From positions 1-25,428 of IMG/VR virus record IMGVR_UViG_3300032232_000315: 25,428 bases of DNA. The stretch is one strand, 5' to 3'. Source of the stretch: a virus (lineage: Duplodnaviria > Caudoviricetes). The notes beneath the pieces are model-generated. The model saw nothing but the letters and a program-made list of their open reading frames with translations. It made no database searches and had not been told where the DNA came from. Both the position numbers and the translations under genes were made by a program. Of the stretch, positions 17,650 to 24,028 are shown in pieces; the first letter of the stretch is position 1, and each line of letters opens with the position of its first letter.

Positions 17650-18065
17650 TGGGTCAGGTCTGTGGTCAGCGTTCGGAACGGGATCCGATAGCTCAGGCTA
17701 AGAATCCCGATCTCCCCTGGCTCGCCCTTCCACTCGCTGGGGCCTGGGTCGATCGAGTGGGTCAGCCCGCCAAGGGTGCGGTCGGCCATCAGGCGGCTGT
17801 GAGCATCGACCCGGATCGGATCGGCCAGGGCGCTCAGCGGTGAGCCGCTGATCAGGATGTCCACCGACACGGTGATGGTGTAATCGGTGAAGGGGATTGA
17901 TGTCTGGCCTGGCTCTTCGCCCAGCGGTTCCACCACCAGGCAGGGCATCTCGTTGCGGGCGACGGCTTCCCAGCGATCCCGGAACACCCGGCCGCTGATG
18001 CCGGCGGTGGGAGTGATCGCGGTGGTGATGGCCGCCAGGATCCTTTCGCTCTTGCTCAGGGTCAT
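17646..18065 (-). CDS. Tail terminator/tail completion protein (139 aa)
   Basis: SERILAAI...GRVFRDRWEAVARNEMPCLVV...LMADRTLGGL pattern; upstream of the tube gene. Confidence 0.8.
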   Translation of the reverse strand: MTLSKSERILAAITTAITPTAGISGRVFRDRWEAVARNEMPCLVVEPLGEEPGQTSIPFTDYTITVSVDILISGSPLSALADPIRVDAHSRLMADRTLGGLTHSIDPGPSEWKGEPGEIGILSLSYRIPFRTLTTDLTQ

Positions 18066-18277
18066 GGCTTCGGCTCCACGGAATCAACATCAGGCCGGCG
18101 GCGGCGACCCAGCCCCAGCATCCGCCCAGCGGCTGGGAGTGCGCCTTGGATGGGGCTCGGCACCAGCACGCCTAGGGCCCAGTTCCAACGGCTCTCGCAC
18201 GCCACCCAGGGGGATGGGGCGCGGTATTCACAGATCCCGATGTACCCAGCCAACAGCGCGGCAGTTACCCAGCTCAT
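18062..18277 (-). CDS. Small predicted membrane protein (71 aa)
   Basis: Hydrophobic N-terminus, Cys pair, second hydrophobic segment, basic RRRR tail; ATGA overlaps at both ends. Confidence 0.65.
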   Translation of the reverse strand: MSWVTAALLAGYIGICEYRAPSPWVACESRWNWALGVLVPSPIQGALPAAGRMLGLGRRRRPDVDSVEPKP

Positions 18278-18570
18278 TTGACTGCCTCCCGCTCAATCGC
18301 GGCCGGAACAGCAAGCCTGAGCTGAAACATGGTGGCGAGAGCCGGGATCCCCACTGCCAACACCAGGCCGATCCCGGCGATCTGGGCGAGTCGGGATTCC
18401 AGGGCGCGCTGGCGGCTGAACAGGGCGTCGAGGTCTTTGGTGATCCTCGCCACATCTTCCTTCCGCTCGGCCATGATCGCCAGGATCGAGTCGATCTTGG
18501 CTCCAAGCTCTGCCAGGCGCACATAAATGTCGCGGTGGCTTACATCGTGCTCAGGCGGCATGGCAGGCAT
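18274..18570 (-). CDS. Coiled-coil protein with C-terminal transmembrane helix (98 aa), holin/XhlA-like architecture
   Basis: Heptad pattern LAELGAKIDSILAI...LESRLAQ followed by IAGIGLVLAVGIPALATMF; alternative ATG at 18561. Confidence 0.65.
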   Translation of the reverse strand: MPAMPPEHDVSHRDIYVRLAELGAKIDSILAIMAERKEDVARITKDLDALFSRQRALESRLAQIAGIGLVLAVGIPALATMFQLRLAVPAAIEREAVK

Positions 18571-18581
18571 GGAAGGTGCTC

Positions 18582-19118
18582 TCAGTCTGGCAAGAGCGCG
18601 GCTACGAAATCAGCCGGGAGGTTGCAGGCCTCGGCCACGCTGACGAAACCGGCAACAACTTCGGGGGTGACGTTTGCGGCGAGGCACACAAGCTTCCAGG
18701 CACCAGCGAAATCAGCAATGTTGCCCTTTTCGGCCTCATAGAGCGAAGCTGATAGTGCTCCTGCTGCGATTGGCTCGGTCGGATATGCCGCGATGGCGAT
18801 GGACTTCAGCGTGTCGCTGCCTAGGGCGATTCTTTTGAATCTGCCCCAATCAGGCATAGGCGCGGGCTCGGGGATTGCCACCAGCTCCCACCCATACGTT
18901 GCGGAGCCGTTTACATCGTCGCTGTCAGGATCAGTGATGCTGACCACCGGCTCCAGCGGTTGCAGGTAATGCGTGGCCGAGTCGTATTCGGGCTCAGGTT
19001 CGCGGATTACTTCCACCACATAGGCGGCATCACGGTCCAGGCCAGCCACGGGTTCCTTGTCCTGGCGGGGGTAGGGGAGCAGTTGGCTGGTAGCGCGGTC
19101 GAGGAGTAGACGGGTCAT
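18582..19118 (-). CDS. Hypothetical protein, possible fibre assembly chaperone (178 aa)
   Basis: EPEYDSATHYL...YGWELV motif resembles fibre-assembly proteins; follows the glycine-rich gene. Confidence 0.55.
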   Translation of the reverse strand: MTRLLLDRATSQLLPYPRQDKEPVAGLDRDAAYVVEVIREPEPEYDSATHYLQPLEPVVSITDPDSDDVNGSATYGWELVAIPEPAPMPDWGRFKRIALGSDTLKSIAIAAYPTEPIAAGALSASLYEAEKGNIADFAGAWKLVCLAANVTPEVVAGFVSVAEACNLPADFVAALLPD

Positions 19119-19124
19119 GGTTGG

Positions 19125-20036
19125 TTAGATTGGATAGCGAATGATGACGATGCCGGAGCCGCCTGCCGCTCCAGCGCCGTTACCCCTCCCGCCACCACCA
19201 CCACCACCGCCTGTATTGGCTGTTCCTGCCGTTGGGCTCGGACCTGGGGTGCTACCGGCATTGCCGCCACCGGCATTGCCGCCACCGCCATTGCCGCCAC
19301 CGCCGCCAATGCCGCCATTATAGTGCCCGCCTCCGCCTCCGCCGCCACGCACTACGGCAGTGCCCGTGATGTTGCTGGACAATCCACCACCTCCAGCGCC
19401 TCCCAATTGACTGGTCCCCCCGAGCCCTGAGGCTCCACCGCCTCCTCCTCCGCCGTTGTCGCCGGAGTTGACGTAAGACCCACCATTTCTACCCTGTGCG
19501 CTGTTCCCGGCCCCGCCACTTCCGTAGGGTGTCTGGGTATCGCCTCTGGACGCACCGCCGCCACCTGAGCCCCCTGAATTTCCCATTGAAACGGCAGCAT
19601 TGGTGCTGCCAGCGGACCCACCCCCGCCACCACCCAGAGACGTAATGCCAGCAAAGGAACTATCTTGGCCGTTGGCACCGGTTACGCCGTTAGTAGCCGA
19701 GCCCAATCCGCCAGCCCCTACTGTCACCGAATAGCTTCCAGGAGCAACAATCAATGGCGTCTCAGCGCTTGTGTTGTTGCCGGAGAGTTGACCAGTGACA
19801 GATGTTCTATACCCGCCAGCGCCGCCACCACCACCTACGTTTGTTGCGGGGAATCCACCGCCACCACCACCAGCAATAATTAAATACTCAACCGTGCCAC
19901 CGGAGGTTACGGTGAAAGTGCCTGATGCTGTAAAAGTGTGGATTCTGTAGCCGCCAACGTCTTGCACAGAATTGCCCCCAGAGGCAACAACGCCAGCCGC
20001 CCCAAACCCATAACTATTCCCCCAATACTGCAGCAT
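19125..20036 (-). CDS. Glycine-rich domain virion protein (303 aa)
   Basis: GYRIHTFTASGTF...VEYLIIAGGGGGG...GTANTGGGGG...GGSGIVIIRY is the phage glycine-rich (polyglycine II-type) signature. Confidence 0.85.
   Translation of the reverse strand: MLQYWGNSYGFGAAGVVASGGNSVQDVGGYRIHTFTASGTFTVTSGGTVEYLIIAGGGGGGFPATNVGGGGGAGGYRTSVTGQLSGNNTSAETPLIVAPGSYSVTVGAGGLGSATNGVTGANGQDSSFAGITSLGGGGGGSAGSTNAAVSMGNSGGSGGGGASRGDTQTPYGSGGAGNSAQGRNGGSYVNSGDNGGGGGGGASGLGGTSQLGGAGGGGLSSNITGTAVVRGGGGGGGHYNGGIGGGGGNGGGGNAGGGNAGSTPGPSPTAGTANTGGGGGGGGRGNGAGAAGGSGIVIIRYPI
19255..19299. repeat. Tandem 15-bp repeat x3 (CCGGCATTGCCGCCA; third copy has 1 mismatch)
   Basis: Read directly; encodes GGGN(G/A) units in the glycine-rich gene. 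Confidence 0.8.
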
Positions 20037-21283
20037 TACCCTGCCCTCCGGGTAGGCAGCGCAACTTTCAATCCAGCGCCTGCCGCGGTGCTGCCGATCT
20101 GCCTTACAAAGAAGGTGACGGAAGACCCGACTGCGATTGTTGGTGCAGCCGCAAATGCAGTGGTGAACGCGCCGGGACCAGTGGATGCAGTGGAGTTAGT
20201 GGAGTTCGCCGCAATGGTTGGGTAGGTGCCACCGCTGGCAGGAAGGTAGATCGAAGTCCCACCAACCTGAATATCAAACTGCAGAGCAGCGCCGGTCGGG
20301 GCGGTTGCCACGGCCCAGATCGGCAAGTCGGTGAGCACCGTTGCGCGGGGCCAATAGGGGATCGTGACCTTGGCAACGGTCGATGATGCGGTGAGAGCCG
20401 TTGTTTCGTCGCTCAGCGGAATCACCAAATCCGCCAACGTGGCCAGGTTGGTGCCGGAAATTGCCAGGCCCAGCGGGGTCAAGCCGCCAGCGCTACCGGC
20501 GTTGTTGTAGACAATCTGGCCAGTTGTGCCAGCAACGGGGCCAGCTGGTCCCGTGCTGCCCGTCGCTCCCGTATCGCCACGGGGGATGGTGAACGCGAAA
20601 ACGGCAGCGCCGCTGGTGCCGGTGTTCGTGACGCTGGCGGAACTGCCGGCTGCGCCCGTGGTGACGCTGCCGACCGCGATGGTGGCCGCCGATCCCGCCG
20701 CCCCGGCTGCCCCAGCCGTCCCAGCTGGCCCCTGCGAGCCGGTGGCCCCAGTGGTGCCAGCCGCCCCAGTGTCTCCACGCGGGATCGTGAAGGCAAACAC
20801 GGCTGCGCCAGATGTGCCCGTGTTGGTGACCGATGCGCTCGATCCGGCTGCTCCGGTGGTGACGCTGCCAACCGAAACCGTGGCGGCTGATCCAGCTGCG
20901 CCCGTCGCGCCCGTCGCTCCGGTGGCGCCCGTCGCACCGGCGCTGCCAGCCGGGCCAATCAGCGAAACGCCAGCGCCCCAGGAGCCTGCCGCCTTCGGGC
21001 CATAGAGGCGGCTGGCGGTTGAATCCAGGTAGATGTCGCCGTTGGCGCCGAGGCTGTTACTGGGGGCGCCGGAGCCACTCAGGATGGTGTTACCGCTGCC
21101 GCTGCTCCCGGTTGAGTAGTAGGTCAGCGCGTTCCAGGCGCTGGTGCCATCGCCAATCTTCAGCTTTCGCGCATCCGTCTCGAAGCCCCATTCGCCATTG
21201 AGTAGCACGGGGTTGGCAGCAGTCCACGCCGCCGCCGTGTCGCGCCGAATGACGATCCGTGCGGCGATGGTCTGGGTCGTCAT
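20036..21283 (-). CDS. Fibre protein: Mtd_N/hyaluronidase-type N-terminus, collagen-like segments, C-terminal beta domain (415 aa)
   Basis: IRRDTAAAWTAANPVLLNGEWGFETDARKLKIGDGTSAWNAL; GAPSNSLGANGDIYLD..LYGPK; G-X-Y runs; C-terminal SDETTAL...QIGSTAAGAGLKV. Confidence 0.85.
   Translation of the reverse strand: MTTQTIAARIVIRRDTAAAWTAANPVLLNGEWGFETDARKLKIGDGTSAWNALTYYSTGSSGSGNTILSGSGAPSNSLGANGDIYLDSTASRLYGPKAAGSWGAGVSLIGPAGSAGATGATGATGATGAAGSAATVSVGSVTTGAAGSSASVTNTGTSGAAVFAFTIPRGDTGAAGTTGATGSQGPAGTAGAAGAAGSAATIAVGSVTTGAAGSSASVTNTGTSGAAVFAFTIPRGDTGATGSTGPAGPVAGTTGQIVYNNAGSAGGLTPLGLAISGTNLATLADLVIPLSDETTALTASSTVAKVTIPYWPRATVLTDLPIWAVATAPTGAALQFDIQVGGTSIYLPASGGTYPTIAANSTNSTASTGPGAFTTAFAAAPTIAVGSSVTFFVRQIGSTAAGAGLKVALPTRRAG
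20564..20902 (-). repeat. Internal duplication of 47 codons (20762-20902 and 20564-20704)
   Basis: GAAGSAAT(VS/IA)VGSVTTGAAGSSASVTNTGTSGAAVFAFTIPRGDTGA twice, 198 nt apart, 45 of 47 aa identical. Confidence 0.92.
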
Positions 21284-21657
21284 GCCCCACCTCCGTCATA
21301 GATCGTGCCGCTCGCGGTGGATGCACCGCCGTCGAGGATGTAATCGATCGCCGGATCAGGATCAGCCTTCACCAACGGCACCCGGCAGAAGGCGCCATCG
21401 TCGAAGCGCTGCGGCTGGGTTTCGCACTTGTAGGACTGCCCGTCAACAACGATCGCATCGCCATAGCCCAGGCTGCCGAAGGTGCTAGTGGGGACGGTCA
21501 GCAAATAATCGATGATGGTGAGCTCGCCGCCGAGGATCAGCTCGGAGTTTTGAGAGAGAAAGCCTTGCCCGGTGACAGCGCCAGCCACAACGCTGACGCT
21601 GCCCAGGCGGTCAAAGGCCACCCGATTGGCTGCTGCCGAAAGGGTGGCCCAGCCCAT
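21280..21657 (-). CDS. Head-tail joining protein (125 aa)
   Basis: Position after DUF2190-like gene; LGYGDAIVVDGQSY...DDGAFCRVPL motif; C-terminal DGG extension. Confidence 0.75.
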   Translation of the reverse strand: MGWATLSAAANRVAFDRLGSVSVVAGAVTGQGFLSQNSELILGGELTIIDYLLTVPTSTFGSLGYGDAIVVDGQSYKCETQPQRFDDGAFCRVPLVKADPDPAIDYILDGGASTASGTIYDGGGA

Positions 21658-21992
21658 CAGAAGGAGCCGTTGAGGCGAACGTTGCAGGTGGCGTCAGCGT
21701 CCGCACAGGTGGCGGTGAACACGCCAATCAGGGTGTTGCCGCTGGAGGCGGCGGTCACCAGCTTGGTGCTGGTGATGAAATACGCCTTGGCGCCTTGCGA
21801 GCCGCCGGAGCTGGCAGCGGTGGACTTGGTGAGGGTGTAGACGCCTTCCAGCTGGAAGGCGCCTTCGTCGCCGCTGGCCAGGTCAGTGGAAGCGACGCCA
21901 AAGATGGAGCCAACGATCGCGCCGCCGCCGCTGGAGACGGCGTAAGGGGCGATGAGATTGAGGGATTTTCCCTCCTGGATGTAGTTCTTCAC
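21657..21992 (-). CDS. DUF2190-family capsid cement/decoration protein (111 aa)
   Basis: MKNYIQEG...APYAVSSG...GVA...EGVYTLTK...IGVF...VRLNGSF; GTG start with GAGG SD; follows a Mu-gpT-like capsid. Confidence 0.88.
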   Translation of the reverse strand: MKNYIQEGKSLNLIAPYAVSSGGGAIVGSIFGVASTDLASGDEGAFQLEGVYTLTKSTAASSGGSQGAKAYFITSTKLVTAASSGNTLIGVFTATCADADATCNVRLNGSF

Positions 21993-22019
21993 GGGGTTAC
22001 CTCAGGGATTGGATTGGAA

Positions 22020-22040
22020 TGGGCCGGGATCACCGGCCCA
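22020..22040 (-). terminator. GC-rich hairpin after the capsid gene (weak terminator or mRNA stabiliser)
   Basis: TGGGCCGG-TGATC-CCGGCCCA, 8-bp stem, 12 nt after the capsid stop; followed by TTCCAATCC, so a poor U-tract. Confidence 0.55.
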
Positions 22041-22052
22041 GGATCATCCGGC

Positions 22053-24005
22053 TCAAGCGCCGGTGGAGCGGTAGAAGCCGCGGTGATCGGCCAGGGCGCA
22101 ATAGAAGTCGTGGCGCACCAGCATCTCCACCCCATCGGGGTTGCGCTTCTCGGTGGTGGTGATCGTCGGGCCACCCTCGCCGGCCAAGTAGCCGAACTGG
22201 AGCATGTCGATCCGGTTGGGATTGGCAGCCAGGTAGTAGTAGGCCGTCGAGTCCGCAGAAAGGCGAGCCTCAACAATCAGCTCCATTCCGCCAGCAAAGG
22301 GGTTGACGCCGGCCAGGGTGGACGGCGCATAGCCAGTCGGGTACAGGAATTGAAGGGCGGCGGTGCGCAGCTCGGGGGGAACGATCAGGTACGAGGCCTG
22401 AACGTTCAGGCTGTTGCCGGCGGGATCGGTCTGCTTGCGCATCTTCGTCACGCCAGCATCAATGCCGGTGATGCCGATGACGCCGGTGCCGGTGTTGTTG
22501 TGATCAGCGTGGAAAAGCGCCTTGTTGTCAAGGGTGACGGTGGCACCGCTCGCGCCGCTGGTCAGCTGCTCCCACACCAGGTTGGATTCCAGGAGGGCAC
22601 AGCCGGCGCCCATCTTCGCGGGCAGGCGATCCAGCGAAGACAGATCATCGTTGATCAGTGCCTGCCTGCTGATCATCAGGCCCTTGCCGTAGGTGCTGAG
22701 CTGATAGGTGGTCTTCCCATCGCTCATGGTGCCGAACTTGTATTCGCCATCCTCGAGCACCTTTTCGGGCACGATGCTGGCGTTCAGTTGCACCAGATAG
22801 TTCGGCTTGAAATCGGTGTTGTCCGATTGAATGGCCAGCGGGCGCCAGGTCTGCACCTCTTCTTCGTAGCCACGGGCGAGGGTCTTGTTTGCCGTGTTGA
22901 GGAGAACGTTGGCCAGGTCGGAGGTTGTGTGGAATGCACGCTCGATGACTTCGCTGACGCTCATCAGGCGAACCTCAGAGCGGCTGAAGCCGCGCATGGT
23001 CTCCAGATACTCGGCGGCCATCTCGCGGGTGCTCATCCGCTGGTACTGGCGGCCCAGGTCGGTGGGCTCCTTGACGGCGCGGCAGCGGGCGTCGATGCCC
23101 TCCTGGAAGCCACGCAGCAGGGTGTCGCCTGCGTCGCGGGTCACCTCAACACGGGCAGGGTGGCCAGCGGTTGCGGGAGATTTGGTTTCGACCGCAACGC
23201 GAGCGGCGCGGACCACCTCAACCATCACGCCGGGGAGATCCTTCCCAGCGGTCGAGCGGATCAGATCCTGCACGGTGGTCTCGGGGAGGTCGGCAGCGCC
23301 AGCGGCGCGGCGGATGTGAAGCTCACGGGCCACGTCATCAGGGCCAGGCTCGGGAGCCTGAGCAACGACGGGCGAAGGGGTTGGTTCAATCACGGCAGCA
23401 GCCTCGGGGGTAGCGGTAGCAGCCGGGTCGCCCCCGGCCAGTTCAGTTGCAGTGGACATCGGGGGTTCCGTAGGGGGTTGCTCTGTTGCATCCACCGAGC
23501 GCATCACGCTCGCCGGATCCTGGCCAGCGATGACCAGCGAAACCGCAACCGGCTCCCAATCGGTGGCCCGATCAAGCGGCTGCGTTTCGCTGGCCCGCTG
23601 CCAGCCGTAGATCCGCGCGTCAACAGAAAACCGCGCGGACCCGTTCCTGAGGCGTGGGATAGCAATAGCCATCGCATCCTCTGGACCGTCAACTTGAACC
23701 GTACCAATCAAGGCGTTGGAGCCATCATCGGCGCGGCCCAGGTCCATCGATGTAATCGCTCCCCAGCACGATGCTGAAGAGCGCTGGTGATCGATGTCGG
23801 TCGGCAGCGGGCGCATGGGCCAGCGGATTGCTGACCTCTCATGCACCAGCCGCACACCATCGCCCACATCTGCATCGGTTGAAATGATCACCGTTGCAGT
23901 TCTGCTCTCTTCGTCCCATGAGGATGGAGAGATCAGTGCCATCCGCTGACAGGCCCGATTGCCTGTTTCCAGTGGTGCAGCCGTGGCGGGGATGGAGTCT
24001 GGCAT
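22053..24005 (-). CDS. Fused prohead protease / scaffold / major capsid protein (Mu gpT-like capsid, 650 aa)
   Basis: N-terminal DEESRT...DH...SV...WEP..VSLV...RS protease-like domain; acidic Pro/Ala linker; HTTSDLANVL..ANKTL, YGK...ISRQALINDDL, ALFHADHNN, LIVPPEL capsid motifs. Confidence 0.92.
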   Translation of the reverse strand: MPDSIPATAAPLETGNRACQRMALISPSSWDEESRTATVIISTDADVGDGVRLVHERSAIRWPMRPLPTDIDHQRSSASCWGAITSMDLGRADDGSNALIGTVQVDGPEDAMAIAIPRLRNGSARFSVDARIYGWQRASETQPLDRATDWEPVAVSLVIAGQDPASVMRSVDATEQPPTEPPMSTATELAGGDPAATATPEAAAVIEPTPSPVVAQAPEPGPDDVARELHIRRAAGAADLPETTVQDLIRSTAGKDLPGVMVEVVRAARVAVETKSPATAGHPARVEVTRDAGDTLLRGFQEGIDARCRAVKEPTDLGRQYQRMSTREMAAEYLETMRGFSRSEVRLMSVSEVIERAFHTTSDLANVLLNTANKTLARGYEEEVQTWRPLAIQSDNTDFKPNYLVQLNASIVPEKVLEDGEYKFGTMSDGKTTYQLSTYGKGLMISRQALINDDLSSLDRLPAKMGAGCALLESNLVWEQLTSGASGATVTLDNKALFHADHNNTGTGVIGITGIDAGVTKMRKQTDPAGNSLNVQASYLIVPPELRTAALQFLYPTGYAPSTLAGVNPFAGGMELIVEARLSADSTAYYYLAANPNRIDMLQFGYLAGEGGPTITTTEKRNPDGVEMLVRHDFYCALADHRGFYRSTGA

Positions 24006-24008
24006 GGC

Positions 24009-24028
24009 TTCAGGCTACAGAGCCTGAA
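24009..24028. promoter_or_regulatory. Perfect palindrome TTCAGGCT-ACAG-AGCCTGAA at the portal/capsid junction
   Basis: 8-bp arms, 4-nt spacer; contains the portal stop; minus strand reads TAGCCT-GAAGCC-ATG. Confidence 0.55.

Noticed and set aside
18062-18277. Outer-membrane spanin lipoprotein
   Set aside because: The residues before Cys16 (I-G-I-C) do not fit the lipobox, which needs G/A/S at -1, and there is no basic n-region
19125-20960. CRISPR-like or VNTR array in the GC-rich repetitive stretch
   Set aside because: Repeats are in-frame Gly and collagen codon runs without unique spacers
20036-21283. Diversity-generating retroelement suggested by the Mtd_N-like domain and internal repeat
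   Set aside because: No reverse transcriptase or C-type-lectin variable region in the window; differences between the repeat copies are synonymous and not adenine-specific
21795-23777. 660-aa plus-strand ORF
   Set aside because: Antisense shadow of the capsid gene; long stop-free antisense frames are expected with GC-rich codon usage; no recognisable motifs
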